A stretch of 64,000 nt of DNA, from the NCBI RefSeq assembly GCF_054482525.1, contig NZ_CM137006.1, one strand, 5' to 3'. The position numbers and the translations under genes were made by a program. The notes beneath the pieces were generated by a model. The model had not been told where the DNA came from, searched no databases, and saw only the letters and a program-made list of their open reading frames with translations. Of this stretch, positions 25,076 through 39,575 are shown piece after piece; position 1 is the first letter of the stretch; the number at the start of each line of letters is the position of its first letter.

Positions 25076-26278
25076 TCAGGCAGTCAGGCGGCTCGCGTCT
25101 TGCGCGATAACCAGTTCTTCGTTGGTTGGGATAACCACCGCAGGACGGGTACCTTCTTTGTTGATGAAACCAGATTTGCCGAAACGTGCAGCCAGGTTGC
25201 GTTCATGATCAACTTCAAAGCCCAGCACGCCCAGTTTGCCCAGAGACAGTTCACGAACCATCGCGGCATTTTCACCGATACCACCGGTGAATACAACAGC
25301 GTCCAGACGACCATCCATCAGCGCAGTGTAGGCACCGATGTATTTCGCCAGGCGGTGGCAGTAAACGTCCATTGCGCGCTTCGCGTCTTCTTTCGTCGCG
25401 TAGTTGTCTTCAACATAGCGGCAGTCGCTGGTCACTTCGGTCAGACCCAGCAGGCCAGACTCTTTGGTCAGCAGTTTGTTGATTGCGTCAACGCTCATGC
25501 CCAGGGTGTCGTGCAGGTGGAAGATGATCGCCGGATCGATATCACCAGAACGGGTACCCATGACCAGACCTTCCAGCGGGGTCAGGCCCATAGAGGTGTC
25601 AACGCATTTACCGTTGCGGATAGCAGAAACGGAACCACCGTTGCCCAGGTGGCAGGTGATGATGTTCAGTTCTTCTACCGGTTTGTTCAGCATTTTTGCC
25701 GCTTCTTGGGTTACATAGAAGTGGCTGGTGCCGTGCGCGCCGTAACGACGGATGCCGTGCTCTTTGTACAGGTTGTACGGCAGGGCGTAGAGGTAAGACT
25801 CTTCCGGCATAGTCTGGTGGAACGCGGTGTCAAATACAGCAACGTTTTTGTCTTTCAGCTGTGGGAAAGATTTCAGAGCTTCTTCGATACCGATCAGGTG
25901 AGCCGGGTTGTGCAGCGGTGCAAAAGAAGCTGCATCTTTGATACCCTGAATAACAGACTCATCGATCACTACGGAGCTGGTATACTTTTCGCCGCCGTGT
26001 ACGATACGGTGACCGATAGCAGTCAGCTGCGCAGACAGTTCTGGTTTTTGTGCCAGAATAGTATTAACGATAAAGTTGAGCGCTTCGCTGTGAGCGGCGC
26101 CTGCACCTAAAGCCGCTTCCTGTTTATTGCCGTCCATTTTCCATTTGATACGTGCTTCGGGCAGGTGGAAACATTCGGCTAAACCAGAAAGGTACTCTTC
26201 ACCATTTACTGCATCGATGATGGCAAATTTCAGTGAAGAACTACCGCAGTTCAGAACCAGTACTAACTTACTCGACAT
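25076..26278 (-). CDS. ackA: Acetate kinase
   Basis: 400 aa; recognised AckA ([20 protein letters not shown]...). Confidence 0.97.
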   Translation of the reverse strand: MSSKLVLVLNCGSSSLKFAIIDAVNGEEYLSGLAECFHLPEARIKWKMDGNKQEAALGAGAAHSEALNFIVNTILAQKPELSAQLTAIGHRIVHGGEKYTSSVVIDESVIQGIKDAASFAPLHNPAHLIGIEEALKSFPQLKDKNVAVFDTAFHQTMPEESYLYALPYNLYKEHGIRRYGAHGTSHFYVTQEAAKMLNKPVEELNIITCHLGNGGSVSAIRNGKCVDTSMGLTPLEGLVMGTRSGDIDPAIIFHLHDTLGMSVDAINKLLTKESGLLGLTEVTSDCRYVEDNYATKEDAKRAMDVYCHRLAKYIGAYTALMDGRLDAVVFTGGIGENAAMVRELSLGKLGVLGFEVDHERNLAARFGKSGFINKEGTRPAVVIPTNEELVIAQDASRLTA

Positions 26279-26615
26279 GGAAGTACCTATAATTGATACG
26301 TGGCTAAAAAAACGTCAGGGAGCCATAGAGCGTAGCGCATGATGACACCGACATTTATGATTAACATCATGCACTGCAAATTTTTTTTGCATGATGGAAG
26401 AAATATCTTGAGTCTATGCCATTTTGCGTAATTTTCAGCCAATGGCATAATGTATATGAATTTGACGACTCAATGAATATGTACTACTTAGGCCTTCAGG
26501 CTGCTAAAGGATACCTGATAGTGGGTATGGAAGACAAAATGTTTTGAACGTTGTCCCGCTGAGTTGTGAATTTGCACAAATTTTTGAATCTTTATATGTG
26601 AAGTTGAGGTGAAGC

Positions 26616-27071
26616 ATGTCAACGCCGGATAATCGTTCTGTTAATTTTTTTAGCTTGTTTCGCCGGGGACAGCATTACTCAAAGACGTGGCCGCTGGAAA
26701 AACGCCTTGCCCCGGTCTTTGTCGAAAATCGCGTTATCAAGATGACGCGTTATGCGATCCGTTTTATGCCGCCGATCGCCGTATTTACTCTCTGCTGGCA
26801 GATTGCCCTGGGCGGTCAGCTTGGGCCGGCAGTTGCCACTGCGCTGTTCGCCTTAAGTTTACCCATGCAGGGATTGTGGTGGCTGGGCAAGCGTTCTGTA
26901 ACGCCATTACCCCCTGCTATCCTTAACTGGTTTTATGAAGTTCGCGGTAAATTGCAGGAGTCTGGACAGGTGTTGGCACCCGTTGAAGGCAAGCCTGATT
27001 ACCAGGCATTAGCTGACACGCTTAAGCGCGCCTTCAAACAACTGGATAAAACTTTCCTTGATGATTTGTAA
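26616..27071 (+). CDS. yfbV: UPF0208 membrane protein YfbV
   Basis: 151 aa with two central TM helices; divergent from ackA. Confidence 0.85.
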
Positions 27072-27075
27072 TTGA

Positions 27076-27648
<573 letters not shown>

Positions 27649-27658
27649 GGAGGTCCGC

Positions 27659-28309
27659 GTGCGGTGCAAAGGTTTTCTGTTTGATCTTGATGGAACGCTG
27701 GTGGATTCCCTGCCTGCGGTAGAGCGGGCGTGGAGCAACTGGGCCAGACGTCATGGGTTAGCGCCGGAAGAGGTGCTGGCTTTCATTCACGGTAAACAGG
27801 CGATCACCTCTCTGCGCCATTTTATGGCGGGCAAATCCGAGGCTGATATTGCCGCCGAGTTTACGCGTCTGGAGCAAATCGAGGCCACGGAAACCGAGGG
27901 TATTACCGCGCTTCCGGGGGCAATCGCCTTACTCAATCATTTGAATAAAGCAGGTATTCCGTGGGCCATTGTGACTTCTGGCTCCATGCCGGTAGCGCGA
28001 GCGCGCCATAAAGTAGCTGGGCTTCCCGCACCAGAGGTGTTTGTAACCGCTGAGCGAGTGAAGCGCGGAAAACCAGAACCTGATGCGTATCTGTTAGGCG
28101 CGCAGCTGCTGGGGCTTGCGCCGCAGGAGTGTGTGGTGGTGGAAGATGCTCCCGCTGGCGTGCTTTCTGGCCTGGCGGCGGGTTGTCATGTCATTGCGGT
28201 TAACGCTCCGGCAGATACCCCGCGCCTGAATGAGGTCGATTTGGTCCTCCACAGTCTGGAGCAAATTACTGTGACCAAACAGCCAAATGGTGATGTTATT
28301 ATTCAGTGA
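27659..28309 (+). CDS. yfbT: HAD-superfamily sugar-phosphate phosphatase (hexitol phosphatase A)
   Basis: 216 aa, GTG start; HAD motif I FDLDGTLVDS and motif IV VVEDAPAG. Confidence 0.9.
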   Translation: MRCKGFLFDLDGTLVDSLPAVERAWSNWARRHGLAPEEVLAFIHGKQAITSLRHFMAGKSEADIAAEFTRLEQIEATETEGITALPGAIALLNHLNKAGIPWAIVTSGSMPVARARHKVAGLPAPEVFVTAERVKRGKPEPDAYLLGAQLLGLAPQECVVVEDAPAGVLSGLAAGCHVIAVNAPADTPRLNEVDLVLHSLEQITVTKQPNGDVIIQ

Positions 28310-28327
28310 AACACCTGATCATGATTT

Positions 28328-28352
28328 AGCCCCGTCTCGTCGGGGCTTTTTT
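28328..28352 (+). terminator. Intrinsic terminator downstream of yfbT
   Basis: AGCCCCG-TCTCGT-CGGGGCT followed by T6. Confidence 0.75.
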
Positions 28353-28395
28353 ATGGCAGAATCAAGTCATCCCCCTCAATTAACAAGGATAAGTT

Positions 28396-30228
28396 GTGAA
28401 CGGTGAATTGATTTGGGTTCTTTCATTACTGGCCGTTGCCATCGTCTTGTTTGCGACGGGCAGAGTGCGTATGGATGCGGTCGCTTTGTTTGTTATTGTC
28501 GCGTTTGCATTAAGCGGAACGCTGACGGTCCCCGAAGTATTTTCCGGCTTTTCCGATCCTAACGTTGTCCTGATTGCCGCCTTGTTTATTATTGGCGATG
28601 GTTTGGTCCGTACTGGTGTTGCCACTGTAATGGGGACATGGCTGGTCAAAGTGGCGGGCAACAGTGAAATCAAAATGTTGGTTTTGTTGATGCTGACCGT
28701 CGCGGGGCTTGGCGCGTTTATGAGTTCAACCGGCGTTGTCGCTATCTTTATTCCCGTGGTGTTAAGCGTTGCCATGCGTATGCAAACGTCGCCGTCGCGC
28801 CTGATGATGCCGTTAAGTTTTGCCGGGCTGATAAGCGGCATGATGACGCTGGTGGCGACGCCGCCGAACCTGGTAGTCAACAGTGAATTGCTGCGTGAAG
28901 GCTATCATGGTTTTAGTTTCTTTAGCGTAACACCTATTGGCCTGGTCGTGCTGGTGCTGGGTATTTTGTATATGTTAGTGATGCGTTTCATGCTGAAAGG
29001 GGATACCCAGACCCCGCAGCGCGAAGGCTGGACGCGTCGAACCTTTCGCGATCTTATCCGTGAATATCGACTGACCGGGCGTGCGCGTCGTCTGGCTATT
29101 CGCCCCGGTTCGCCAATGATTGGTCAACGGCTGGACGATCTCAAACTACGTGAGCGTTATGGCGCTAACGTCATCGGTGTTGAACGCTGGCGGCGTTTTC
29201 GTCGCGTTATCGTGAATGTTAACGGGGTTTCTGAATTTCGCGCGCGTGACGTTTTGCTTATTGATATGTCTGCGGCTGATGTCGATCTCCGGCAATTTTG
29301 TAGTGAGCAGTTGCTGGAGCCGATGGTACTACGCGGCGAGTATTTTTCTGACCAGGCACTTGATGTGGGCATGGCAGAGATTTCATTAATTCCTGAGTCT
29401 GAACTTATTGGTAAATCGGTGCGCGAAATTGGTTTTCGTACCCGCTACGGACTGAATGTGGTGGGGCTAAAGCGCAATGGCGAGGCGATGGAAGGTTCGC
29501 TGGCGGATGAGCCTCTGCTGCTGGGCGATATCATCCTGGTTGTGGGTAACTGGAAACTGATCGGTATGCTGGCAAAACAGGGGCGTGACTTTGTGGCGCT
29601 GAACTTACCAGAAGAAGTGAGTGAAGCATCGCCAGCACACAGTCAGGCACCTCATGCCATTTTTTGCCTGGTGTTGATGGTGGCGTTAATGCTGACCGAT
29701 GAAATTCCTAATCCTGTTGCCGCTATCATCGCCTGCCTGCTGATGGGGAAATTCCGTTGTATCGATGCTGAAAGCGCCTATAAATCCATTCACTGGCCGA
29801 GCATTATTTTGATCGTTGGGATGATGCCGTTTGCTGTGGCATTACAGAAAACGGGAGGTGTCGCGCTGGCGGTGAAAGGGCTGATGGACATTGGCGGCGG
29901 TTACGGGCCACATATGATGCTGGGTTGTTTGTTTGTCTTGTCGGCGGTTATTGGGCTATTTATCTCTAATACCGCAACGGCGGTGTTGATGGCTCCGATT
30001 GCGCTGGCTGCTGCCAAAACGATGGGTGTGTCGCCTTATCCATTTGCGATGGTCGTGGCGATGGCAGCATCCGCCGCCTTTATGACGCCGGTTTCTTCAC
30101 CTGTTAACACACTGGTTTTAGGTCCGGGAAATTACAGCTTCAGTGACTTTGTGAAGTTGGGGGTACCGTTCACCATTATCGTGATGGCGGTTTGTGTGGT
30201 GATGATCCCGATGCTGTTTCCGTTTTGA
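28396..30228 (+). CDS. yfbS: Putative anion/organic-acid transporter YfbS (SLC13-type permease with two TrkA-C domains)
   Basis: 610 aa, GTG start; hydrophobic N- and C-terminal halves separated by a soluble ~200 aa insert. Confidence 0.9.
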   Translation: MNGELIWVLSLLAVAIVLFATGRVRMDAVALFVIVAFALSGTLTVPEVFSGFSDPNVVLIAALFIIGDGLVRTGVATVMGTWLVKVAGNSEIKMLVLLMLTVAGLGAFMSSTGVVAIFIPVVLSVAMRMQTSPSRLMMPLSFAGLISGMMTLVATPPNLVVNSELLREGYHGFSFFSVTPIGLVVLVLGILYMLVMRFMLKGDTQTPQREGWTRRTFRDLIREYRLTGRARRLAIRPGSPMIGQRLDDLKLRERYGANVIGVERWRRFRRVIVNVNGVSEFRARDVLLIDMSAADVDLRQFCSEQLLEPMVLRGEYFSDQALDVGMAEISLIPESELIGKSVREIGFRTRYGLNVVGLKRNGEAMEGSLADEPLLLGDIILVVGNWKLIGMLAKQGRDFVALNLPEEVSEASPAHSQAPHAIFCLVLMVALMLTDEIPNPVAAIIACLLMGKFRCIDAESAYKSIHWPSIILIVGMMPFAVALQKTGGVALAVKGLMDIGGGYGPHMMLGCLFVLSAVIGLFISNTATAVLMAPIALAAAKTMGVSPYPFAMVVAMAASAAFMTPVSSPVNTLVLGPGNYSFSDFVKLGVPFTIIVMAVCVVMIPMLFPF

Positions 30229-30233
30229 CAAGA

Positions 30234-30283
30234 GCCTGATGTCGCATCCGGCGCTTATTGCCTGATGCGACGCAGACTCCGGC
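30234..30283. repeat. REP-like palindromic element between convergent yfbS and yfbR
   Basis: GCCTGATGTCGCATCCGGCG...GCCTGATGCGACGC; arms GTCGCATC / GATGCGAC are reverse complements; resembles REP consensus. Confidence 0.5.
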
Positions 30284-30286
30284 TGC

Positions 30287-30886
30287 TTACAGCGGTGAAT
30301 CCTGGCTAATCTCATCGAGCGAAAGATGGAAGCTGGGAACAAAGACTTCCATAAAGTAGTCCATCTCCTGGCTGCGGCGCGCTTCAAGCGTCGCTTCCAG
30401 TCGCGTTTTTGCCAGCAAGAATTCATTATTTCCCGCCGCGAGTTCTTCCAGACATTTCAGATATGCACACAGTGCATCTGCCTGTTTCACCAGCGATTTT
30501 TCTTCATCGCTATATGCATGCTCGTCAATTAACGGCGCAAAGATATCCCGCAGCTCTTCCGGAACCATATCGACCAGTTTTTGCTGAGCGATTTTTTCAA
30601 TCGCCTTATACTCCTGAGCGATTTGCGAATTGAAGTATTTCACCGGAGTAGGGAGATCGCCGGTGAGCACTTCTGAGGCATCATGGTACATCGCCAGTAA
30701 AGCGATACGTTCGGCGTTGACATTACTGCCAAATTTCCGATTTTTGATAGCAGCCAGCGCATGGGCGACCATCGCTACCTGCAAACTGTGTTCGGACACA
30801 TTTTCAGTCCGCACGTTGCGCATCAGCGGCCAGCGGTTAATGAGTTTCAGGCGGGAGAGATGGGCAAAAAAATGGCTCTGTTTCAT
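30287..30886 (-). CDS. yfbR: 5'-deoxynucleotidase (HD-domain)
   Basis: 199 aa; HD motif region ([10 protein letters not shown]...[12 protein letters not shown]). Confidence 0.9.
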   Translation of the reverse strand: MKQSHFFAHLSRLKLINRWPLMRNVRTENVSEHSLQVAMVAHALAAIKNRKFGSNVNAERIALLAMYHDASEVLTGDLPTPVKYFNSQIAQEYKAIEKIAQQKLVDMVPEELRDIFAPLIDEHAYSDEEKSLVKQADALCAYLKCLEELAAGNNEFLLAKTRLEATLEARRSQEMDYFMEVFVPSFHLSLDEISQDSPL

Positions 30887-30969
30887 AGTGACCTTACGTA
30901 TGATGACATCATCAGGTCATTGTGGCGGGATAACACTGCCGGATGCAATCTCCGGCAGTGAAATTAAGA

Positions 30970-32187
30970 TTACAGCTGATGATAACCAGAAAGGAAACGC
31001 GCGAACTTGCTCAAAGACAGCTCGATATCATCGACACGCGGTAGCGTGACAATGCGGAAGTGATCCGGCCACGGCCAGTTGAATGCCGTCCCTTGCACCA
31101 ACAGAACTTTTTCCTGCAACAGGAAATCCAGCACCATTTTCTGATCGTCGTGAATATTAAAGCGTTTGGCGTCGATTTTCGGGAACATGTACAGCGCACC
31201 GCGCGGTTTCACGCAGGAAACGCCCGGAATATCATTGATCAATTCCCATGCGCGGTTACGCTGCTCATAAAGACGACCGCCAGGGGTAATAAATTCACTG
31301 ATGCTCTGATAACCGCCCAGCGCGGTCTGAATGGCGTGTTGCGCAGGAACGTTAGCACACAGGCGCATTGAAGCCAGCATTTCCAGACCTTCGATGTAGC
31401 CTTTGGCGTGTTTTTTCGGCCCGTTCAACACCATCCACCCCTGACGGAAGCCTGCAACGCGGTATGTTTTCGACAGGCCGTTAAAGGTAATGGTCAGCAG
31501 GTCAGGTGCCAACGGCGCAATTGAGTGATGCTCAGCGTCGTCGTAGAGAATTTTGTCATAAATTTCATCGGCGAAGATAATGAGATTATGCTGACGTGCA
31601 ATCTCCACTATCTCCATTAAAAGCTCTTTGGAATATACCGCGCCGGTTGGGTTATTTGGGTTGATAATAACGATCCCACGCGTACGAGGCGTAATTTTAG
31701 CGCGAATATCATCAAGGTCCGGGAACCAGTCAGAGGATTCATCGCAAAGATAATGCACCGCTTTACCGCTGGAGAGCGAAACCGCCGCGGTCCATAGTGG
31801 GTAATCAGGTGCAGGAACCAACATTTCGTCCCCGCTGTTCAGCAATGCCTGCATTGCCTGAACGATAAGCTCCGATACACCATTGCCGATGTAAATATCT
31901 TCCACGGTAACATCACGCATGCCACGAGCCTGGTAGTGCTGCATGATGGCTTTACGCGCGGAGTAAAGCCCTTTGGAATCGCAATACCCTTGAGCGGTAG
32001 GCAGGTTGCGAATCACGTCAACGAGGATTTCATCTGGCGCGTCAAAACCGAATGGTGCAGGATTGCCGATGTTCAGTTTCAGTACCTTGTTACCTTCTTC
32101 TTCCAGGCGTTTTGCTTCTTTCAGCACCGGACCACGGATGTCGTAACAGACATTCTCTAATTTGCTGGATTTTTCAATGGGGGACAT
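30970..32187 (-). CDS. alaA: Glutamate-pyruvate aminotransferase AlaA
   Basis: 405 aa; PLP aminotransferase class I; PLP-lysine region SKTYRVAGFRQGW. Confidence 0.95.
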   Translation of the reverse strand: MSPIEKSSKLENVCYDIRGPVLKEAKRLEEEGNKVLKLNIGNPAPFGFDAPDEILVDVIRNLPTAQGYCDSKGLYSARKAIMQHYQARGMRDVTVEDIYIGNGVSELIVQAMQALLNSGDEMLVPAPDYPLWTAAVSLSSGKAVHYLCDESSDWFPDLDDIRAKITPRTRGIVIINPNNPTGAVYSKELLMEIVEIARQHNLIIFADEIYDKILYDDAEHHSIAPLAPDLLTITFNGLSKTYRVAGFRQGWMVLNGPKKHAKGYIEGLEMLASMRLCANVPAQHAIQTALGGYQSISEFITPGGRLYEQRNRAWELINDIPGVSCVKPRGALYMFPKIDAKRFNIHDDQKMVLDFLLQEKVLLVQGTAFNWPWPDHFRIVTLPRVDDIELSLSKFARFLSGYHQL

Positions 32188-33097
32188 GAATCTTGACCTT
32201 TTTTGCTGTTATCGCCACTCCCTGCCGTGGAAGTCAGCTTAGAACAATGTACTCCCCCAGGACGGCGTTTTGAAGGTCTGCAGAATAAGATTTTGCCAGA
32301 GTGGAAGGCTTGATTGTGCTGTTAATAACTTAATAATGGCAAAATAATGAGGTGTATATGCTTAATAATTAATGTTATGTAGTGAATTGTTCTGATTCTT
32401 AATTGTGAGTGTGGTTTTTTTATCTGTAAGATAATTGTTTGAAAATGCCTCGTTTAAGAATTCACTAATGAATCGTGATGATGATATTTTCGCATTACGG
32501 AGAGTTTAACAGCGTGATGATTTCCGAGGTGTCGTAATGGGTGCAAGGTGTGAAACTATTGTTAAGCGGGATTAATGAATGAGGATGATGCTAATTAATT
32601 ATTATTTAATATTCAAAAAGGTTTTGTTGTGCTTATTAATAATAGAAGATTACTTTGCCTAACATAACATAACTTTGCATCAGATAATTCGCAATGACCC
32701 TTATAAATAAAAGGTTTTTGGGGTAAAATGCTCGCATAAATGACGGATCCCTGCTCTTGATGCCGCCTCACCATTGCTGTTTGTACGTGTTCGCGTATGA
32801 CCAGCGATGCTGCACGAGAGTGGAACAAGGACTCACATTTATACAAACACGCGCATGTCATAAATACAAAAGAGTGAGTAACTTAATAGATATGCGATTC
32901 CTGAAGATATATTCTGTGATCTACTTCAGGCATTATAACGGAACAATGTGAGTCGCTTTTTTAGTGCAACTCATATGCATTTTTACTTTCGTCCGGGTTC
33001 CGGATGAAACTGCCAGGGAGGCACATTACAAATGGAATTGCTTGTTTGTGTGTGCACAGCATTAACCAGCTCAGTATGAGCCGCCAGTAAGTGATAA

Positions 33098-34039
<942 letters not shown>

Positions 34040-34083
34040 TCGACGGACCATAGATAATTTCTGAGACAATAGTGTAAAAACGA

Positions 34084-34121
34084 GCCGCTGGGGGTGTTTT
34101 AGACTCCAGCGGCTTTTTTTT
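34084..34121 (+). terminator. Intrinsic terminator of lrhA
   Basis: GCCGCTGG - 14 nt loop - CCAGCGGC followed by T8, 45 nt after the lrhA stop. Confidence 0.7.
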
Positions 34122-34668
34122 AGTAAAAAGCCTTCCTCGTATCGTGCAGAACGTACAAAACTGTTCATTTTTCAATCACCAGAGATTCACGTCCCGAACG
34201 CACAAATAATCGCCTGAAAAAAATCACCTGCTACAATGATGTTAAAAAATACGTAAATTTGTTGCTGCGTTTTTGTTATGGAATGACAAAAGCGTGTCAC
34301 AGATCAAGAAAATACTCTCTTTTGGGGGGAGGAATCGACACAAATTCCTGTCAAAATAGACCCGTATTTTTTCCATTGCTTCACAACGGACACGATTCAA
34401 CAACATCTAATTATCCTGGAGTCGTCAAGGATCTGGGGTGAAAGGGCATTAAATGCTAATGGTGTTGATATTATGTAAACTAATGTGAAGAAACTTTTGT
34501 TAAAGTTGACAAAAGGTTATAGAAAGGAGTAAAAGACCACATCAATTAGCTGTATAAAAGAGTTTCTACAGTGATTGTAAGGTTTTTTTTATTCCTCCCC
34601 ATGAATCGATGTGGCGTCCATCTGCCGTGAAGAGCAGTGAATCTGGCGCTACTTTTGATGAGTAAGCA
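34122..34668 (+). promoter_or_regulatory. nuo operon promoter / leader region
   Basis: 547-bp AT-rich non-coding tract upstream of nuoA; contains a perfect TTGACA at 34506-34511; the nuo control region is known to be complex, but individual sites were not mapped here. Confidence 0.4.
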
Positions 34669-35112
34669 ATGAGTATGTCAACATCCACTGAAGTCATCGC
34701 TCATCACTGGGCATTCGCTATCTTTCTTATCGTTGCCATTGGCCTGTGTTGCCTGATGCTGGTAGGCGGTTGGTTTTTAGGCGGTCGCGCACGCGCGAGG
34801 TCGAAAAACGTGCCGTTTGAATCCGGTATCGACTCGGTCGGCTCCGCCCGCTTACGCCTGTCCGCCAAGTTTTATCTGGTGGCCATGTTCTTCGTTATCT
34901 TCGACGTTGAAGCGCTGTATCTGTTCGCATGGTCAACCTCTATCCGCGAAAGCGGCTGGGTAGGCTTTGTGGAAGCTGCAATTTTTATTTTTGTGTTACT
35001 GGCAGGTCTGGTTTATCTGGTGCGTATTGGCGCGCTGGACTGGACGCCCGCGCGTTCACGCCGCGAGCGTATGAACCCGGAAACGAACAGTATCGATAAT
35101 CGTCAACGCTAA
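34669..35112 (+). CDS. nuoA: NADH:quinone oxidoreductase subunit A
   Basis: 147 aa; three TM helices; first gene of nuo operon. Confidence 0.95.
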   Translation: MSMSTSTEVIAHHWAFAIFLIVAIGLCCLMLVGGWFLGGRARARSKNVPFESGIDSVGSARLRLSAKFYLVAMFFVIFDVEALYLFAWSTSIRESGWVGFVEAAIFIFVLLAGLVYLVRIGALDWTPARSRRERMNPETNSIDNRQR

Positions 35113-35127
35113 CCGCGAGGCATTAAG

Positions 35128-35790
35128 ATGGATTATACGCTCACCCGCATAGATCCCAACGGTGAGAACGACCGTTACCCCCTGCAAAAGCAGGAGATCG
35201 TAACCGACCCTCTGGAGCAAGAAGTTAACAAAAACGTGTTTATGGGCAAGCTCAATGACATGGTTAACTGGGGTCGTAAAAACTCAATTTGGCCGTATAA
35301 CTTCGGTCTTTCCTGCTGTTACGTTGAGATGGTGACTTCGTTTACCGCGGTGCATGACGTGGCGCGTTTTGGCGCAGAAGTATTGCGTGCTTCGCCGCGT
35401 CAGGCTGACCTGATGGTGGTGGCAGGAACCTGCTTTACCAAAATGGCACCGGTTATTCAGCGTCTGTATGACCAGATGCTGGAACCAAAATGGGTTATCT
35501 CAATGGGTGCCTGTGCCAACTCTGGCGGTATGTACGATATTTATTCCGTTGTGCAGGGCGTCGATAAATTCATCCCGGTTGATGTGTATATCCCGGGCTG
35601 CCCGCCGCGTCCTGAAGCGTACATGCAGGCACTGATGCTGTTGCAGGAATCTATCGGCAAAGAACGTCGTCCGCTCTCCTGGGTGGTTGGCGATCAGGGC
35701 GTTTATCGCGCCAATATGCAATCAGAGCGCGAACGCAAGCGCGGTGAACGCATTGCCGTAACCAACCTGCGTACACCTGACGAGATTTAA
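35128..35790 (+). CDS. nuoB: NADH:quinone oxidoreductase subunit B (N2 Fe-S cluster)
   Basis: 220 aa; Cys motifs CCYVEM ... GCPP. Confidence 0.96.
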
Positions 35791-35883
35791 TTTGCGCCTG
35801 TCGGCAAAGGGATTTTTCTTCGCTTATTCCTAAATCTATTTCGCGAAGCTTACTGCGCCGACAGTCACCACGGACCATTTGCA

Positions 35884-37686
35884 ATGGTGAACAATATGAC
35901 CGACTTAACCGCGCAAGAACCCGCCTGGCAGACCCGCGATCATCTTGATGATCCGGTGATTGGCGAACTGCGCAACCGTTTTGGGCCGGATGCCTTTACT
36001 GTTCAGGCGACTCGCACCGGGGTTCCCGTTGTGTGGATCAAGCGTGAACAATTACTGGAAGTGGCCGATTTCTTAAAGAAACTGCCGAAACCTTACGTCA
36101 TGCTGTTTGACTTACACGGCATGGACGAACGTCTGCGCACACACCGCGAAGGGTTACCTGCCGCGGATTTTTCCGTTTTCTACCATCTGATTTCTATCGA
36201 TCGTAACCGCGACATCATGCTGAAGGTGGCGCTGGCAGAAAACGATCTGCACGTACCGACCTTCACCAAACTGTTCCCGAACGCTAACTGGTATGAGCGT
36301 GAAACCTGGGATCTGTTTGGCATTACTTTCGACGGTCACCCGAACCTGCGCCGCATCATGATGCCGCAAACCTGGAAAGGTCACCCGCTGCGTAAAGATT
36401 ACCCGGCGCGCGCTACCGAATTCTCGCCGTTTGAGCTGACCAAAGCCAAACAGGATCTGGAAATGGAAGCCCTGACCTTCAAACCGGAAGAGTGGGGGAT
36501 GAAGCGCGGCACCGAAAACGAGGACTTCATGTTCCTCAACCTCGGTCCGAACCACCCGTCGGCGCACGGGGCTTTCCGTATCGTTTTACAACTCGATGGC
36601 GAAGAGATTGTCGACTGCGTACCAGACATCGGTTACCACCACCGTGGTGCAGAGAAAATGGGCGAACGCCAGTCCTGGCACAGCTACATTCCTTATACCG
36701 ACCGTATCGAATACCTCGGCGGCTGCGTTAACGAAATGCCTTACGTGCTGGCGGTAGAGAAACTGGCCGGGATCACCGTGCCGGATCGCGTTAACGTCAT
36801 TCGCGTAATGCTCTCCGAACTGTTCCGCATCAACAGCCACCTGCTGTATATCTCGACCTTTATTCAGGACGTCGGCGCGATGACGCCAGTGTTCTTCGCC
36901 TTTACCGATCGTCAGAAAATTTACGATCTGGTGGAAGCAATCACTGGTTTTCGTATGCACCCGGCGTGGTTCCGTATTGGCGGCGTAGCGCACGACCTGC
37001 CGCGTGGCTGGGATCGCCTGCTGCGTGAGTTTCTCGACTGGATGCCGAAACGTCTGGCGTCTTACGAGAAAGCGGCGCTGCAAAACACCATTCTGAAAGG
37101 TCGTTCCCAGGGCGTTGCCGCCTATGGCGCGAAAGAGGCGCTGGAGTGGGGCACCACCGGCGCGGGCCTGCGTGCTACCGGGATCGACTTCGACGTGCGT
37201 AAGGCGCGTCCTTATTCTGGCTATGAAAACTTCGACTTTGAAATCCCGGTTGGTGGTGGTGTTTCTGACTGCTACACCCGCGTAATGCTGAAAGTGGAAG
37301 AGCTGCGCCAGAGTCTGCGCATTCTTGAGCAGTGCCTCAACAACATGCCGGAAGGCCCGTTCAAAGCGGATCACCCGCTGACCACGCCGCCGCCGAAAGA
37401 GCGCACGCTGCAACATATCGAAACCCTGATCACCCACTTCCTGCAAGTGTCGTGGGGTCCGGTGATGCCTGCCAATGAATCCTTCCAGATGATTGAGGCG
37501 ACCAAAGGGATCAACAGTTACTACCTGACCAGCGACGGTAGCACCATGAGTTATCGCACTCGTATCCGCACGCCGAGTTATGCGCATTTGCAGCAAATTC
37601 CGGCGGCGATCCGCGGCAGCTTGGTGTCTGACCTGATTGTTTATCTGGGCAGTATCGATTTTGTTATGTCAGATGTGGACCGCTAA
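35884..37686 (+). CDS. nuoC: NADH:quinone oxidoreductase fused subunit C/D
   Basis: 600 aa from ATG 35884 (MVNNMTDLT...); alternative in-frame ATG at 35896 would give 596 aa; I cannot choose between them from sequence alone. Confidence 0.93.
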   Translation: MVNNMTDLTAQEPAWQTRDHLDDPVIGELRNRFGPDAFTVQATRTGVPVVWIKREQLLEVADFLKKLPKPYVMLFDLHGMDERLRTHREGLPAADFSVFYHLISIDRNRDIMLKVALAENDLHVPTFTKLFPNANWYERETWDLFGITFDGHPNLRRIMMPQTWKGHPLRKDYPARATEFSPFELTKAKQDLEMEALTFKPEEWGMKRGTENEDFMFLNLGPNHPSAHGAFRIVLQLDGEEIVDCVPDIGYHHRGAEKMGERQSWHSYIPYTDRIEYLGGCVNEMPYVLAVEKLAGITVPDRVNVIRVMLSELFRINSHLLYISTFIQDVGAMTPVFFAFTDRQKIYDLVEAITGFRMHPAWFRIGGVAHDLPRGWDRLLREFLDWMPKRLASYEKAALQNTILKGRSQGVAAYGAKEALEWGTTGAGLRATGIDFDVRKARPYSGYENFDFEIPVGGGVSDCYTRVMLKVEELRQSLRILEQCLNNMPEGPFKADHPLTTPPPKERTLQHIETLITHFLQVSWGPVMPANESFQMIEATKGINSYYLTSDGSTMSYRTRIRTPSYAHLQQIPAAIRGSLVSDLIVYLGSIDFVMSDVDR

Positions 37687-37688
37687 TT

Positions 37689-38189
37689 ATGCACGAGAAT
37701 CAACAACCACAAACCGAGGCTTTTGAGCTGAGTGCGGCAGAGCGTGAAGCGATTGAGCACGAAATGCACCACTACGAAGACCCGCGTGCGGCGTCCATTG
37801 AAGCGCTGAAAATCGTTCAGAAGCAGCGTGGCTGGGTGCCGGATGGCGCGATCCACGCGATCGCCGATGTGCTGGGTATTCCGGCGAGCGACGTCGAAGG
37901 TGTGGCAACGTTTTATAGCCAGATCTTCCGCCAGCCGGTTGGCCGCCATGTGATCCGTTATTGCGACAGCGTGGTCTGTCATATCAACGGTTACCAGGGT
38001 ATTCAGGCGGCGCTCGAGAAAAAGCTGAACATCAAACCAGGGCAAACGACATTTGACGGTCGCTTTACGCTGCTGCCAACTTGCTGCCTGGGGAACTGTG
38101 ATAAAGGGCCAAACATGATGATCGATGAGGACACTCACGCGCATCTGACCCCGGAAGCGATCCCTGAACTGCTGGAGCGGTATAAATGA
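37689..38189 (+). CDS. nuoE: NADH:quinone oxidoreductase subunit E (2Fe-2S)
   Basis: 166 aa; Cys ligands (CDSVVC ... CCLGNC). Confidence 0.95.
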
Positions 38190-39523
38190 AAAACATTATC
38201 CGTACTCCCGAAACGCATCCGCTGACCTGGCGTCTGCGCGATGACAAACAGCCAGTGTGGCTGGACGAATACCGCAGCAAAAACGGTTACGAAGGGGCGC
38301 GTAAGGCGCTGACCGGGCTGTCTCCGGACGAAATTGTTAATCAGGTAAAAGACGCTGGTCTGAAAGGGCGCGGCGGCGCGGGCTTTTCGACTGGCCTGAA
38401 ATGGAGCCTGATGCCGAAAGACGAATCCATGAACATCCGTTACCTGCTATGTAACGCCGATGAAATGGAGCCGGGCACCTATAAAGACCGCCTGCTGATG
38501 GAGCAACTGCCGCACCTGCTGGTGGAAGGTATGCTCATCTCCGCGTTTGCCCTGAAAGCGTACCGTGGCTACATCTTCCTGCGTGGCGAGTATATCGAAG
38601 CGGCAGTGAATCTGCGCCGTGCCATTGCCGAAGCCACCGAAGCGGGTCTGCTTGGCAAAAACATTATGGGAACAGGTTTCGACTTCGAATTGTTCGTCCA
38701 TACCGGGGCAGGGCGCTACATCTGCGGTGAAGAAACAGCGTTAATCAACTCCCTGGAAGGGCGTCGCGCTAACCCACGCTCGAAGCCTCCATTCCCGGCA
38801 ACCTCCGGTGCATGGGGCAAACCGACCTGTGTCAATAACGTCGAAACCCTGTGTAACGTTCCGGCGATCCTTGCTAACGGCGTGGAGTGGTATCAGAACA
38901 TCTCGAAAAGTAAAGATGCTGGCACCAAGCTGATGGGCTTCTCCGGTCGGGTGAAAAATCCGGGCCTGTGGGAACTGCCGTTCGGCACCACCGCACGCGA
39001 GATCCTCGAAGATTACGCCGGTGGTATGCGTGACGGTCTGAAATTCAAAGCCTGGCAGCCAGGCGGTGCTGGTACTGACTTCCTGACTGAAGCGCACCTT
39101 GACCTGCCGATGGAATTCGAAAGTATCGGTAAAGCGGGAAGCCGTCTGGGTACGGCGCTGGCGATGGCGGTTGACCATGAGATCAACATGGTGTCGCTGG
39201 TGCGTAACCTGGAAGAGTTTTTCGCCCGTGAGTCCTGCGGCTGGTGTACGCCGTGCCGCGACGGTCTGCCGTGGAGCGTGAAAATTCTGCGTGCGCTGGA
39301 GCGTGGCGAAGGTCAGCCGGGCGATATCGAAACACTTGAGCAACTGTGTCGATTCTTAGGCCCGGGTAAAACTTTCTGTGCCCACGCACCTGGTGCAGTG
39401 GAGCCGTTACAGAGCGCCATCAAATATTTCCGCGAAGAATTTGAGGCGGGAATCAAACAGCCGTTCAGCAATACCCATTTGATTAATGGGATTCAGCCGA
39501 ACCTGCTGAAAGAGCGCTGGTAA
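38186..39523 (+). CDS. nuoF: NADH:quinone oxidoreductase subunit F (NADH/FMN site, 4Fe-4S)
   Basis: 445 aa; GRGGAGF FMN/NADH motif; C-terminal CGWCTPC cluster motif; overlaps nuoE stop. Confidence 0.96.
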   Translation: MKNIIRTPETHPLTWRLRDDKQPVWLDEYRSKNGYEGARKALTGLSPDEIVNQVKDAGLKGRGGAGFSTGLKWSLMPKDESMNIRYLLCNADEMEPGTYKDRLLMEQLPHLLVEGMLISAFALKAYRGYIFLRGEYIEAAVNLRRAIAEATEAGLLGKNIMGTGFDFELFVHTGAGRYICGEETALINSLEGRRANPRSKPPFPATSGAWGKPTCVNNVETLCNVPAILANGVEWYQNISKSKDAGTKLMGFSGRVKNPGLWELPFGTTAREILEDYAGGMRDGLKFKAWQPGGAGTDFLTEAHLDLPMEFESIGKAGSRLGTALAMAVDHEINMVSLVRNLEEFFARESCGWCTPCRDGLPWSVKILRALERGEGQPGDIETLEQLCRFLGPGKTFCAHAPGAVEPLQSAIKYFREEFEAGIKQPFSNTHLINGIQPNLLKERW

Positions 39524-39575
39524 CCGAATTTCGATTAACGCTCAGTCTCTGACTGAGAAAACTGGAAGCATGCTA

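Noticed and set aside
25070-26110. 346-aa plus-strand ORF antisense to ackA
   Set aside because: Same reasoning: ackA on the minus strand is unambiguous; the antisense product has no recognisable motifs.
34259-34441. 60-aa ORF in the lrhA-nuoA regulatory region, and other ORFs of 60-80 aa in the alaA-lrhA and ackA-yfbV spacers
   Set aside because: No Shine-Dalgarno or conservation evidence; AT-rich regulatory DNA yields short random ORFs. They remain candidates only if Ribo-seq supports them.
36586-37596. 336-aa minus-strand ORF antisense to nuoC, and the similar 332-aa ORF at 39858-40856 antisense to nuoG
   Set aside because: Both lie fully inside well-supported nuo genes and have no recognisable domains; artefacts of codon bias.
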